DNA of 64,000 nt from Eubacteriales bacterium (GTDB lineage Bacteria; Bacillota; Clostridia; Oscillospirales; CAG-272): NCBI GenBank assembly GCA_045653705.1, contig JAZOMG010000066.1, forward strand, positions 1,888 through 65,887, given 5' to 3'. Below, piece by piece: positions 1 to 9,841 of the stretch. The position numbers and the translations under genes were made by a program. Numbering within the stretch: position 1 is the stretch's first letter; each line of letters begins with the position of its first letter. The notes beneath the pieces were generated by a model. The model saw nothing but the letters and a program-made list of their open reading frames with translations. It was not told the DNA's origin and did not search any database.

Positions 1-1
1 T

Positions 2-187
2 ATGGATATGGCGCTCAAGCTTGGTAAGCCCGCTAACAAGAACCTCCACGTAGGTATCTGCGGCGAGCACGGCGGCGACCCCACATCCGTTGAGTTCTGC
101 CACCAGCTCGGACTTGACTACGTATCTTGTTCTCCTTTCCGCGTTCCGATTGCTCGTCTTGCAGCAGCTCAGGCAGCGCTTAAGTAA
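2..187 (+). CDS. ppdK: Pyruvate, phosphate dikinase, C-terminal fragment (5' end outside window)
   Basis: ORF is open to the window edge. C-terminal PEP-utilising domain signature [10 protein letters not shown]...[21 protein letters not shown]. Confidence 0.85.
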   Translation: MDMALKLGKPANKNLHVGICGEHGGDPTSVEFCHQLGLDYVSCSPFRVPIARLAAAQAALK

Positions 188-220
188 TAAGATATTAGTT
201 AACAGTTTATAACTAAGCCT

Positions 221-261
221 GACGGCTACGGTAGATATTTCTGCCGTAGCCGTCTTTTTTC
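221..261 (+). terminator. Rho-independent terminator after ppdK
   Basis: GACGGCTACGG / CCGTAGCCGTC stem followed by TTTTTT. Confidence 0.7.
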
Positions 262-296
262 TCTGATAGCTTGCGCGGATAGCTTTGAGAAAACCG

Positions 297-340
297 AAAA
301 CGCCTTTAGTAGTTTGATAAGCTACCAAAGGCGTTTTTCT
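297..340 (-). terminator. Hairpin terminator directly downstream of the metallophosphoesterase gene (U-rich on both sides)
   Basis: CGCCTTTAGTAG / CTACCAAAGGCG stem. It abuts the stop codon at 341-343 and has T/A runs on both flanks. Confidence 0.5.
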
Positions 341-1348
341 TTAACCGTTGTAATATTTTCTTGTTCTCATATTATCGTGGGGACGTATCAGCTGTACCAC
401 ACGGTCATTTCCCGCTCCAAAACGGGTCATATAGATAGTATCGCCCTTTATGGACATAACATCAAAAGCCGTCTCGGGATATTGTTCATAGTGTCTTTTT
501 CGTGGCGGACAGCTCTCCGCCCATCTTCCGCGGAATGCCGAAAGGGTCGTTACGGTAGGAAGGTCGTCGTCATAATGTATATTATCATAGTGCACGTGTC
601 CTGCTATCATTGCAACTACGTTTTTGCATTGCTTCATATGGTAATACATACGCGGTCCGTTACGCAGGTCATCATAGGGCTTTATTGCATCGGGTAGGTC
701 ACCGCTTCCGAAAATACCCGCATTATTAATTGGAGAATGAGCGAACACAAGTATTTTTCGGTCGGTATTAAGCACCTCATTTTCAAACCACTCGGATTGC
801 TCATTTGATATTTCAAGTCTCCACCCCGAAAGAGGATACTGCCCATCCTTGTCAGCCAAAAAAGGCTTGTCGGAAGTATTCACAAATGCAAATCTATATT
901 TATCCTCACCGCTATCCACGTCAATATAATAATAATTCTCGGGGGTGGGATTATATTTCATACAAAGCGCGTGCATCTCGTCGGGGAGAATGCCGTTGCG
1001 TGTATCCCAACCGTTATCTATACAGTTTCCGATATAGTCATCGTGATTTCCGATACAGCAATGCACAGGAACAGAAAGACGGTAGAAAGCATCCATAGCC
1101 TCACGCATTGATTTTCTGAAGCCATCGGGATTAGGGTCGTAATCGTTTCCAATATCACCGCCACTGATGACAAATTGAATTTCGGGACATCTGTCGAGTA
1201 TGTACTGAATCGAATCAATGGCTTCGGTTACAGTATGACGGAACATATGGTGACCGTCTGTAAAGAAAACAAAATTCAAGGGCGCGCCAATTTCCTTAAT
1301 TCGGGCAATTTTTTCGTCATATCCATCAGTAGGATAAAGATATTCCAT
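341..1348 (-). CDS. Metallophosphoesterase (calcineurin-like phosphoesterase family)
   Basis: Motifs FFTDGHH, GGDIGND, GNHDD, AHSP and GHVHYD match the metallophosphatase signature boxes. Confidence 0.8.
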   Translation of the reverse strand: MEYLYPTDGYDEKIARIKEIGAPLNFVFFTDGHHMFRHTVTEAIDSIQYILDRCPEIQFVISGGDIGNDYDPNPDGFRKSMREAMDAFYRLSVPVHCCIGNHDDYIGNCIDNGWDTRNGILPDEMHALCMKYNPTPENYYYIDVDSGEDKYRFAFVNTSDKPFLADKDGQYPLSGWRLEISNEQSEWFENEVLNTDRKILVFAHSPINNAGIFGSGDLPDAIKPYDDLRNGPRMYYHMKQCKNVVAMIAGHVHYDNIHYDDDLPTVTTLSAFRGRWAESCPPRKRHYEQYPETAFDVMSIKGDTIYMTRFGAGNDRVVQLIRPHDNMRTRKYYNG

Positions 1349-1368
1349 AAATTTTATCTCCTGTTAAA

Positions 1369-2643
1369 TTATTTTTTATTTTCCAAAATATCCATAAGTG
1401 AAGAATAAACGTATAACGAACCCAAGCAAACGAGGGGCTTATTATTCTTCTTGGCTTCATCCATTGCCATATCCAAGGCATCAGCAAGACTGTCAAACGC
1501 CTTAGCGTCTATTCCTGCCCCTTGAAGCGTTTTTGCATATTCAGCCGAAGCCAACGCCCGAGGGCTGTCGGGTGTAAGCGTAAAGGCTCTTGATGCAACC
1601 GCAGATAGATCCTTTGCGATAGCCGTATAATCCTTATCTCTAAGAACTCCCGTTAGAAGATAAACCTTTTCTTCACCGAAATAGGTCTTTATACTTTCGA
1701 CAGCCGAGCGTATTCCCTGAGGATTGTGCGCTCCGTCAAATATCATAAGGGGGTCGCGTGAAATTATTTCAAATCTTCCCTGCCAACGGGCTTTCTCCAA
1801 GCCGCGGATAAGCGCGTTATCGGATATATTGATTCCCTCTTCACGCAAGATCTCAACGGCATTAATTACTACCGATGCGTTTCTCGGTTGATACATACCG
1901 AGAAGACCTATACGAAGCTCTGTATATTTACCGTAATCAAAAAACGTTCCGTTAAGAGAGGGCGAAATATTTGAAAGCCTTGAATAATCGACCCTATAGA
2001 ACTTTGAAGCTCTCCCGAGAGCCGTTTTTTCTATTACTGCCGCCGCACTGTCATCATCGCCGCCGTAAAGCACAGGGGAGTTATCCTTGATAATTCCCGC
2101 TTTTTCCGCGGCAATTTTTTCAACGGTATCTCCAAGGAACGCCGTGTGGTCAAGGGCAATTCCCGTAATAACCGAAAGATAGGGCTTGCGGATTATATTT
2201 GTAGAATCCAATCTACCGCCCATTCCCGCCTCAAGTATTACCACGTCGCATTTGTGACGCTTGAAAAACTCAAAGGCAATAGCCGTTATAAGCTCAAATT
2301 CGGTAGGCTTATCGGTCATACTGTCGGCAATCGGCTTTACGTATTCCGTAAGCTCGGCAAGCTCATCGTTTGATATCGGCTCTCCGTTAACACACATTCT
2401 TTCGTTAAAGAAACGGATATATGGCGAGGTATACAGCCCAACCCGCAGACCGCTCTCAAGCAAAACCGAGTTAAGCATAGAGCAAAACGAGCCCTTTCCG
2501 TTAGTTCCCGCAACGTGAATAAACCTCAATGAGCTTTGCGGATTTCCAAGCCTTTCGCAGAGCTCGCCTATCCGTTCAAGTCCGGGCTTGCAAAAGGACC
2601 AGCTTATAGAGTGAATATAATTAAGAGCTTCCGTATAGTTCAT
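1369..2643 (-). CDS. folC: Bifunctional folylpolyglutamate synthase / dihydrofolate synthase
   Basis: Mur-ligase P-loop HVAGTNGKGS. Length (424 aa) and overall FolC-like sequence fit. Sits directly downstream of folT. Confidence 0.9.
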   Translation of the reverse strand: MNYTEALNYIHSISWSFCKPGLERIGELCERLGNPQSSLRFIHVAGTNGKGSFCSMLNSVLLESGLRVGLYTSPYIRFFNERMCVNGEPISNDELAELTEYVKPIADSMTDKPTEFELITAIAFEFFKRHKCDVVILEAGMGGRLDSTNIIRKPYLSVITGIALDHTAFLGDTVEKIAAEKAGIIKDNSPVLYGGDDDSAAAVIEKTALGRASKFYRVDYSRLSNISPSLNGTFFDYGKYTELRIGLLGMYQPRNASVVINAVEILREEGINISDNALIRGLEKARWQGRFEIISRDPLMIFDGAHNPQGIRSAVESIKTYFGEEKVYLLTGVLRDKDYTAIAKDLSAVASRAFTLTPDSPRALASAEYAKTLQGAGIDAKAFDSLADALDMAMDEAKKNNKPLVCLGSLYVYSSLMDILENKK

Positions 2644-2658
2644 AGCTTCCCCTGTTGT

Positions 2659-3213
2659 CTATTTTCTAAGCATTTTAGAGCTTATCGCTTTATTTTTAAC
2701 CGCAAATAAAAGTATCAGATATTCCACGCCACCTACCGCAATATAATTTAACGCTCTCCATAGCATTAATATATATACGGGCATATTATACTTGGCTAAA
2801 TACCATGCCGCAAGTCCAAATGACTTTATTAAAACAGACCCGATGGCATGAGCCACAAAAACCGTAAGCAGTAGTCTAAGCGCTTGCGGCAGCTTTGCTG
2901 AATACTTCCAGAGCAGACCGCTAAGCAATCCGATTGAAGTTGCACCAATGGTAATTATTATGTTCATATCTCCGCCGTAAACGAGAAGCGCGCCTATAAG
3001 GTCAGCCGCTCCGCCAACCACCGCGCCGATAATAGGACCGAACATTATACCCGCTAAAATTATAGGCAAATTTTCAAAGCTGAAGCGTAAAAATGCTCCA
3101 AGGTTTATTGCCAGATATTTTCCGCACACGATGCTTATAGCTATAAGCGCCGCCGAAACCGTCATGATCTGTAGCGTACCGAACAGTTTGATTTTGTTTT
3201 TTGAATCTTGCAT
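2659..3213 (-). CDS. folT: Folate-family ECF transporter S component
   Basis: 184-aa polytopic membrane protein of ECF S-component size. Preceded by a THF riboswitch and followed by folC. Confidence 0.75.
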   Translation of the reverse strand: MQDSKNKIKLFGTLQIMTVSAALIAISIVCGKYLAINLGAFLRFSFENLPIILAGIMFGPIIGAVVGGAADLIGALLVYGGDMNIIITIGATSIGLLSGLLWKYSAKLPQALRLLLTVFVAHAIGSVLIKSFGLAAWYLAKYNMPVYILMLWRALNYIAVGGVEYLILLFAVKNKAISSKMLRK

Positions 3214-3262
3214 AAAAAAATCCCCCTTTTCCTCGACTGCATATGGCTAAAGAAAAGAGGGA
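3214..3262 (-). terminator. Riboswitch expression platform: intrinsic terminator whose 3' arm contains the folT Shine-Dalgarno
   Basis: Minus strand reads CCCUCUUUUCUU...GAGGAAAAGGGGGA followed by UUUUUUU and then AUG. The AAGGGGGA SD lies inside the stem. Confidence 0.6.
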
Positions 3263-3282
3263 TTACCCGATTAGCTTTGCCG

Positions 3283-3388
3283 TATGAAGCGGGATGCAGA
3301 ATATAAGCCGCAAGCCTTAGCTCTTCGTCCCATTGACAACTCCCCGTCCAACAGGCACTTAACGCTTATATTCTTACTCTTCTACACG
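3283..3388 (-). promoter_or_regulatory. THF (tetrahydrofolate) riboswitch aptamer
   Basis: Minus strand reads AGAGUAAG-AAUAUAA-GCGUUAAGUG...GGGACGAAG...GCGG-CUUAUAUU-CUGCAUCCCGCUUC. This matches the conserved THF-I core (AGAGUAG, GCGUUAAGUG, ACGAAG, GCGG, GCAUCCGCU), with a covarying P2 helix. Confidence 0.88.
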
Positions 3389-3414
3389 AATTATTCGCGC
3401 TCTGCGCGATTGTT

Positions 3415-3443
3415 ATTATATACCTTTTTTACCAAGGTGTCAA
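3415..3443 (-). promoter_or_regulatory. Sigma-A type promoter for riboswitch-folT-folC
   Basis: TTGACA-17 nt-TATAAT on the minus strand. Confidence 0.5.
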
Positions 3444-3486
3444 TAGCTTTTTAAAATTTATATTTAAAGAGTGGTAGGTTTCTCTT

Positions 3487-4134
3487 TTATACCATCTTTT
3501 CTTGCTTTACCTTATGGTCTATAACGTGGCGTGAAGCAAGCTCATTATTGATATCGTCAAGAGAAATTCCCATTTCTATCATAAGCACCATAACGTGGTA
3601 TACAAGGTCGGATATCTCATATATAGTCTCCGCCTTATCGTTTGCCTTGCCGGCAATTATCACCTCGGTGCATTCCTCTCCAACCTTTTTGAGTATCTTA
3701 TCTATACCCTTTTCAAAAAGATAAGTGGTATAAGAGCCTTCTTTCTTTTCGGTCTTTCTGCCCTCAATGACCTTCATAAGAGCATCAAGGGAAAATTCAC
3801 CGTCTGTCTCTCCCTCATATATGACCTCATTAAAGCAGCTGTCAGTACCGAGATGGCAGGCAGGCCCGTCCTTATGAACTACCACAGTGAGAGCATCACG
3901 GTCGCAATCGGCGGTAATGCTGACTATATGCTGCTTGTTTCCCGAAGTCTCTCCCTTTCTCCAAAGGCATTTTCTCGAGCGCGACCAGAAGCAGGTAGTT
4001 CCCTCTTTCATACTTATCTCAAGGCTTTCGCGGTTCATATAAGCAACCGTCAGCACTTTTTTGGAAACGGCGTCAACAACGACCGCGGGTATAAGCCCTT
4101 TTTCGTCAAATTTCAATTCATCAATATTAAACAT
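3487..4134 (-). CDS. hisI: Bifunctional phosphoribosyl-AMP cyclohydrolase / phosphoribosyl-ATP diphosphatase
   Basis: N-terminal HisI ([22 protein letters not shown]) fused to a C-terminal HisE helical domain. Last gene of the his operon. Confidence 0.9.
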   Translation of the reverse strand: MFNIDELKFDEKGLIPAVVVDAVSKKVLTVAYMNRESLEISMKEGTTCFWSRSRKCLWRKGETSGNKQHIVSITADCDRDALTVVVHKDGPACHLGTDSCFNEVIYEGETDGEFSLDALMKVIEGRKTEKKEGSYTTYLFEKGIDKILKKVGEECTEVIIAGKANDKAETIYEISDLVYHVMVLMIEMGISLDDINNELASRHVIDHKVKQEKMV

Positions 4135-4146
4135 TTCATTCTCCGT

Positions 4147-4905
4147 TTATAATCTCACGTTTATATTTTCTTTTGAAAGTCTCTTTTTAAGCTCGGATAT
4201 ATCAACCTCTCCGAAGTGGAATATAGATGCGGCAAGACCCGCATCGACCTTGGGAAGCGTATTAAAGAGGGTGATAAAGTCCTCAATACAGCCCGCGCCG
4301 CCCGAAGCGATAACAGGCACGTTAACAGCGTTACAAACAGCGTCAAGCATTTCAAGGTCAAAGCCCTGCTTTACTCCGTCTGTGTCGATACTGTTTACAA
4401 CTATCTCGCCCGCTCCGTTAGAAACGCCTCGTTTGATCCACTCGATAGCTTCAATTCCCGTATCTTCTCTGCCGCCCTTGTTAAAGACGTGGAAAACACC
4501 GCCCACACGCTTTATATCCACAGAAAGAACGACGCATTGGTCGCCGTATTTCTTGGCGGCGTGATATATGATATCGGGGTCAGCGATAGCTCCCGAATTT
4601 ACGCTTACCTTATCCGCGCCGCATTTTAGCACTCGGTCAAAATCGTCAAGGGTCTTTATGCCGCCACCCACAGTAAGAGGAATAAACACCCTCTCAGCCG
4701 TTTCTCTCAAAATGTCGGTAAACAACTTTCTTTCCTCAAAGGATGCTGTTATATCGTAAAAAACAAGCTCGTCAGCACCGCATTCGCTGTAATACTCAGC
4801 AAGGGATACAGGAGAGGAAACATCCTTAAGGTCAAGGAAATTTACGCCCTTAACTACACGTCCGCCCTTAACGTCAAGACAGGGGATAATTCTTTTGGTA
4901 ATCAT
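4147..4905 (-). CDS. hisF: Imidazole glycerol phosphate synthase cyclase subunit
   Basis: MITKRIIPCLDVKGGRVVKG... and the GAGEI/ASGGAG motifs are typical of HisF. Confidence 0.95.
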   Translation of the reverse strand: MITKRIIPCLDVKGGRVVKGVNFLDLKDVSSPVSLAEYYSECGADELVFYDITASFEERKLFTDILRETAERVFIPLTVGGGIKTLDDFDRVLKCGADKVSVNSGAIADPDIIYHAAKKYGDQCVVLSVDIKRVGGVFHVFNKGGREDTGIEAIEWIKRGVSNGAGEIVVNSIDTDGVKQGFDLEMLDAVCNAVNVPVIASGGAGCIEDFITLFNTLPKVDAGLAASIFHFGEVDISELKKRLSKENINVRL

Positions 4906-5624
4906 TCTGCCCCCCTTGCCGCCGACAAGGCATCCCTTAGGGCTACCGCCCCTGTGTAAAGCGCCTTTCCGAGAATTGCCCCGTATACGTTCATTTTCGC
5001 AAGCGCTCTCACGTCGTCAATACTTGACACTCCGCCCGAGGCTATTATATTCATTTGGAATTTTTCCTGAAGCTCAGCATATAGCTCTAAGTTTGTTCCC
5101 GACATCATTCCATCCTTGGAAATGTCGGTGCATATTATAGTGCGAACTCCCATTTTTTGCATTTTCTCGCAAAAGTCAAAGCAGGAATACGCAGACAGCT
5201 CAGTCCAGCCCTTTATGGCTACCATTCCGTCCTTGATATCTATGCCCACAGCGATATTTTCGGGATGCTCGCTGACAGCCGCTGAAAGAAACTCGGGGTC
5301 CTTGACAGCCGCCGTTCCTATAATAACTCTGTCAACGCCAATATCTATGTACTTTTTTACGGTATCCATATTCCGTATACCGCCGCCAACCTCAACGGAT
5401 AAGGACGTGCTTTCCACGATAGCGCGTATAGTGTCAAAATTCTCCGTACTGCCCTCTTTTGCTCCGTCAAGGTCAACTATGTGCATAAAGCGTGCTCCGC
5501 TTTCCTCGAAGCTCTTTGCCACCTCAGCAGGCGTGTCGCTATACACAGTTACCTTATTATAGTCGCCCTTTACAAGTCTGACGGCCTTTCCGCCTATCAG
5601 ATCTATAGCGGGAATTATATTCAT
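4902..5624 (-). CDS. hisA: ProFAR isomerase (1-(5-phosphoribosyl)-5-[(5-phosphoribosylamino)methylideneamino]imidazole-4-carboxamide isomerase)
   Basis: MNIIPAIDLIGGKAVRL start. AAGGAG RBS lies upstream of the ATG at 5624, whereas the ORF-track start at 5645 would overlap hisH. Confidence 0.9.
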   Translation of the reverse strand: MNIIPAIDLIGGKAVRLVKGDYNKVTVYSDTPAEVAKSFEESGARFMHIVDLDGAKEGSTENFDTIRAIVESTSLSVEVGGGIRNMDTVKKYIDIGVDRVIIGTAAVKDPEFLSAAVSEHPENIAVGIDIKDGMVAIKGWTELSAYSCFDFCEKMQKMGVRTIICTDISKDGMMSGTNLELYAELQEKFQMNIIASGGVSSIDDVRALAKMNVYGAILGKALYTGAVALRDALSAARGAE

Positions 5625-5634
5625 ATTTGCTCCT

Positions 5635-6246
5635 TTACATCTCACAGAATGCCTTTAAAATATTAAGCCCCACCTTGCCACTCTTTTCGGGGTGGAATTG
5701 CGCACCCCACACGTTTCCGTTGCGAACAGCCGCCGTCAGCTCCTTGCCGTACTCGGCAGTAGCTATTACGTTTTTGTCGCAATCAGCGCCGTAATAGGAA
5801 TGGACGAAATAAACACAATCTCCCTCGTTTATATACTTAAACAGCTCATCTCTCGGCTCAGAGAGGTGAAGCGGATTCCAACCGATATGGGGTATCTTAA
5901 GCTCCTCGGAAATCTCGGGGCGTATAGGCTTTACCGAGCCCGAGATCAATCCCAAGCCCCGATGCTCGCCGTATTCATAGCTCCGCTCAAAAAGCATCTG
6001 CATACCGAGACATATTCCAAGCAAGGGCTTTCCACCCTTGACCTCGGATATTATCACCTCATCAAGACCGCTGTCGCGCAGCTTCCTTGCCGCATCCTCA
6101 AAAGCGCCCACACCGGGGAGTATAAGTCTGTCGGCTTCGGCTATGACCTTGGGGTCAGATGTCACGGTCACGTCCGCGCCGATAGCCGCAAATGAGCTTT
6201 TGAGGGAAAAGAGATTTCCAACGCCGTAATCAATAATAGCTATCAT
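5635..6246 (-). CDS. hisH: Imidazole glycerol phosphate synthase glutaminase subunit
   Basis: Class-I GATase motifs LPGVGAF, GICLGMQ and HSY. Operon context supports the call. Confidence 0.95.
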   Translation of the reverse strand: MIAIIDYGVGNLFSLKSSFAAIGADVTVTSDPKVIAEADRLILPGVGAFEDAARKLRDSGLDEVIISEVKGGKPLLGICLGMQMLFERSYEYGEHRGLGLISGSVKPIRPEISEELKIPHIGWNPLHLSEPRDELFKYINEGDCVYFVHSYYGADCDKNVIATAEYGKELTAAVRNGNVWGAQFHPEKSGKVGLNILKAFCEM

Positions 6247-6833
6247 ACGAGCATCCCCTTGGTAGAGGGAATTTTATCGGCTCTCTTTTCATCAATGGCT
6301 ACTGCCGCAGACATAGCGCGGGCAAACGCCTTAAACGCTCCCTCGATTATGTGGTGGGAATTTCTGCCGTCAAGCTGTCTTATGTGAAGAGCTATTTTAG
6401 CATTTCTTACGAATGCCAAGAAAAATTCCTCAACAAGCTCGGTATCGAAATCTCCAACCTTTTCGGCGGGAATTTCAAGCCTGTCAACAAGACAATCTCT
6501 GCCCGAAAAATCCACCGCGCAGAGTATCAGTGCCTCGTCCATAGGCAAAAGCATACTGCCATAGCGGCAAATTCCCTTTGCGTCTCCCACGGCTTTTGCG
6601 AAAGCCTGTCCGAGACAGATACCTATATCCTCAACGCTGTGGTGGTAATCAACGTCGGTATCTCCCTTACAGCTGACCGACAGGTCAAAGGAGCCGTGAG
6701 AAGCAAAAAGCGTCAGCATATGGTCTAAAAAGCCGCATCCCGTATCAATTTCGCTCTTCCCCTCTCCGTCAAGATTAAGGGTGAGCTTTATATCTGTTTC
6801 CGCGGTTTTTCTTATTATTTCAGCGTTTCTCAT
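6243..6833 (-). CDS. hisB: Imidazoleglycerol-phosphate dehydratase
   Basis: RKTAETDI..., DTGCGFLDHML and HHSVEDIGI motifs. Confidence 0.95.
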   Translation of the reverse strand: MRNAEIIRKTAETDIKLTLNLDGEGKSEIDTGCGFLDHMLTLFASHGSFDLSVSCKGDTDVDYHHSVEDIGICLGQAFAKAVGDAKGICRYGSMLLPMDEALILCAVDFSGRDCLVDRLEIPAEKVGDFDTELVEEFFLAFVRNAKIALHIRQLDGRNSHHIIEGAFKAFARAMSAAVAIDEKRADKIPSTKGMLV

Positions 6834-7902
6834 AATTTTTTTCCTCTGATATTGCTTTTATCTCTTTTATTAAAACGTCCATCTCTTCGGGCGAGCCTAC
6901 TGTAATTCTGTTATACTCGCATATTTTAGGGTTAGTAAAATGACGGACAAGCACGCCTCTTTCCTTAAGCTTTGAGTAAAGCTCCTCGCCGCCTATTGCG
7001 TTGCTTCTCGCAAAGATAAAGTTAGCCTTGGAGTCGGTACATTCAAATCCCAGAGCCTTAAGCTCGGCTACGGTCTTTTCACGTGTCTCGGCGACCCTAC
7101 GGCAATTATCCACGTAATAGCCATCATCATCTACTGCGGCTTCACCCGCCAAAAGAGTAAGGCGATTGATATTGTAGGGATTTGTAGAGAACTTTATCTT
7201 TTCAAGGTCGGAAATAAGCTCCGGCGAACCAAAAGCAAAGCCAAGCCGCGCTCCCGCCATAGAGCGGGATTTTGAATATGTACGAACCACAAGCAGGTTA
7301 TCGTATTTTTTCACAAGGGGCAGACAGCTCTCGCCTCCGAAATCCACGTATGCCTCATCAATCAAAACCACAAAATCGGGATTTGCCTTTACTATTGTTT
7401 CCACCTCGGTAAGGCTTAAAGCAATTCCCGTAGGCGCGTTTGGGTTTGCGATAACAACATTGGCATCGTTTCCGAAATAATCGGAAATATCTATTGTAAA
7501 GTCCTCTTTTAGGGGGATAGCCTTATATTTCACGCCGTACAGATCGGCATAGACCTTATAAAATCCGTAGGATATTTCGGGAAACTTAACAGGTCGGTCT
7601 CCGCCGTTGCAAAACGCCATGAAGGAGAAATTCAGAATGTCGTCCGAGCCGTTGGAAACAAAAACATTTTCCCTCTTGACCCCGTAAAGCCCCGCAAGCT
7701 TTTCCTTTAGCGCCTTGCACGTAGGGTCGGGATAAAGATTGAGCAATGACACCTGTGCGGAGCTTATCGCCCTTATGACCCCCTCCGACGGCGGATAGGG
7801 AGACTCGTTTGTATTAAGCTTTATGTACTTTCTTTCTCTCGGCTGTTCTCCGGGAGTATACGCCTCAAGAGACGCATATTTTTCATTTATAAATCGGCTC
7901 AT
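6820..7902 (-). CDS. hisC: Histidinol-phosphate aminotransferase
   Basis: Class-II aminotransferase with the PLP lysine context RTYSKSRSMAGARLG. Operon position fits. Confidence 0.9.
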   Translation of the reverse strand: MSRFINEKYASLEAYTPGEQPRERKYIKLNTNESPYPPSEGVIRAISSAQVSLLNLYPDPTCKALKEKLAGLYGVKRENVFVSNGSDDILNFSFMAFCNGGDRPVKFPEISYGFYKVYADLYGVKYKAIPLKEDFTIDISDYFGNDANVVIANPNAPTGIALSLTEVETIVKANPDFVVLIDEAYVDFGGESCLPLVKKYDNLLVVRTYSKSRSMAGARLGFAFGSPELISDLEKIKFSTNPYNINRLTLLAGEAAVDDDGYYVDNCRRVAETREKTVAELKALGFECTDSKANFIFARSNAIGGEELYSKLKERGVLVRHFTNPKICEYNRITVGSPEEMDVLIKEIKAISEEKNYEKR

Positions 7903-7914
7903 AGCTTCTCCGTT

Positions 7915-9198
7915 TTAGTTATCTGTCTCGAATCTAATTACCGCGCTTTTGGCGTGAGCGCCAAGCCCTTCTTTATTGGCAAAGTATTCAATATCCTTGC
8001 TGACCGCCTCGAGAGCCTCGCGGGTATAATACGTAAACTGTGTTTTCTTAATAAAATCATCTACCGACAATGGGCTTGAAAATCTCGCCGTTCCGCTTGT
8101 GGGAAGTGTGTGGTTAGGTCCCGCGAAATAGTCGCCAAGCGCCTCGGGACAATACTTACCCATAAATACAGAGCCCGCGTGCTTTATCTTATCAAGGTAC
8201 TTAAAGGGGTCGTCAACGCATATTTCAAGATGCTCGGGAGCAATGCTGTTAGCAACCTCTACCGCTTCGTCTATGCTTTCGGTAACGATTATCTTTCCGT
8301 TGTTATCGATGGATACTCTCGCTATCTCTGCGCGCTCAAGAAGCGGTATCTGACGCTCAAGCTCCTCGGAAACAGCCTCCGCAAGCTCCTCGCTGTCTGT
8401 AACAAGCACCGCGCTTGCCATTCTGTCATGCTCCGCCTGTGAGAGCAGGTCAGCCGCTACGCATACGGGGTTACAAGTTCCGTCGGCAATCACAAGTATT
8501 TCGCTGGGTCCCGCTATCATATCGATAGCGACCTTACCAAACACCTGCTTTTTTGCTTCGGCAACAAACGCGTTCCCGGGTCCTACTATCTTGTCAACGG
8601 CAGGCACGCTTTCAGTTCCGTACGCCAGAGCCGCCACAGCCTGGGCGCCGCCTACCTTAAATATTCTCTTAACTCCCGCAATTTTAGCCGCCGCAAGAAT
8701 AACGGGATTTACCTTGCCGTCCTTAGAGGGGGGCGTTACCATTACTATCTCACCGCATCCCGCAATTTTTGCTGGAATACAGTTCATAAGCACCGACGAT
8801 GGATAAGCCGCCGTACCGCCCGGTACGTACAGACCAACCCTTTCGATAGGAATTATCTTCTGTCCGATAACTACGCCGTCCTTCTCGTTTATAAGGAAGC
8901 TGTTGCGAACCTGACGGGAGTGAAAGGCGTATATGTTTTCCGAAGCCGCCCGAAGCACCTCGATAAATTTCGGTTCTACCGACGCAAAGGCTTCTTCTAT
9001 CTCGTCCTCACTAACCTCAAGGCTTGACAGCGTTACCTTATCGAACTTCTCGCAGTACTCGAAAAGAGCCTTGTCTCCCCTTTGTCTAACGTTCGATATT
9101 ATATCGGTTACTATACCCTCAATATTTTTGGTGCTTCCAAGCTCACGGGAAAATATCTCGGAGCTGTCTATTTCGTTATAACGAAAAAGCTTTATCAT
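7915..9198 (-). CDS. hisD: Histidinol dehydrogenase
   Basis: HisD signature region QAEHD...GPNHTLPT. Start refined to the ATG at 9198 (AGAGGT RBS), because the ORF-track start at 9240 would overlap hisG by 29 nt. Confidence 0.93.
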   Translation of the reverse strand: MIKLFRYNEIDSSEIFSRELGSTKNIEGIVTDIISNVRQRGDKALFEYCEKFDKVTLSSLEVSEDEIEEAFASVEPKFIEVLRAASENIYAFHSRQVRNSFLINEKDGVVIGQKIIPIERVGLYVPGGTAAYPSSVLMNCIPAKIAGCGEIVMVTPPSKDGKVNPVILAAAKIAGVKRIFKVGGAQAVAALAYGTESVPAVDKIVGPGNAFVAEAKKQVFGKVAIDMIAGPSEILVIADGTCNPVCVAADLLSQAEHDRMASAVLVTDSEELAEAVSEELERQIPLLERAEIARVSIDNNGKIIVTESIDEAVEVANSIAPEHLEICVDDPFKYLDKIKHAGSVFMGKYCPEALGDYFAGPNHTLPTSGTARFSSPLSVDDFIKKTQFTYYTREALEAVSKDIEYFANKEGLGAHAKSAVIRFETDN

Positions 9199-9211
9199 TT
9201 GTTTACCTCTG

Positions 9212-9841
9212 TTATTTTTTATCCGCGATAACTCGCTCAACAGCCTCGCGAATCTCTTTTATACGTTCGTTTTTGAATTTGTAGCTCACCTTATTTGCCA
9301 CAAGTCGTGCGCTGATATTTACAATATCGCTCTTAGGCTCAAGGTCGTTTTCATAAAGTGTCTTCCCTGTCTCCACAATATCCACGATAACGTCGGAAAG
9401 ACCGAGTATGGGGGCAAGCTCAATGGAGCCGTTAAGCTTTATTATATCTATTTCCCTGCTGAGAGAAGAATAGTATTCCTTAGCAATATTCGGGAACTTG
9501 GTGGCAACTCTCAGCGTTCTATCGCGCCTGTCGCAAAAATCCTTTTTTGCGGCAACCGCCATTCGGCACTTGCCTATTCCGAGGTCGGCAAGCTCGTATA
9601 TATCGGGAGAATATTCAAGTATAATATCCTTTCCCGCGATACCTATATCCGCCGCGCCCCTCTCTACGTAAATTACTACGTCCGAGGGCTTTACCCAAAA
9701 ATATCTCACTCCCTTTTCGGGATTTTCAAATATAAGCTTTCTGTTTTCTTCCTTTATAGACGGACATTCAAAGCCTGCCGCCTCAAACATTCCGTAAGCC
9801 TTTTCGCCAAGCCTTCCCTTGGGGAGGGCTATGTTAATCAT
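9212..9841 (-). CDS. hisG: ATP phosphoribosyltransferase, short (HisZ-dependent) form
   Basis: INIALPKGRL N-terminus. At about 210 aa it lacks the C-terminal regulatory domain, and it is paired with hisZ. ATG at 9841 is preferred over the TTG at 9850. Confidence 0.9.
   Translation of the reverse strand: MINIALPKGRLGEKAYGMFEAAGFECPSIKEENRKLIFENPEKGVRYFWVKPSDVVIYVERGAADIGIAGKDIILEYSPDIYELADLGIGKCRMAVAAKKDFCDRRDRTLRVATKFPNIAKEYYSSLSREIDIIKLNGSIELAPILGLSDVIVDIVETGKTLYENDLEPKSDIVNISARLVANKVSYKFKNERIKEIREAVERVIADKK

Noticed and set aside
314-697. 127-aa plus-strand ORF.
   Set aside because: It is entirely antisense to the well-supported metallophosphoesterase gene, and it begins inside the terminator hairpin.
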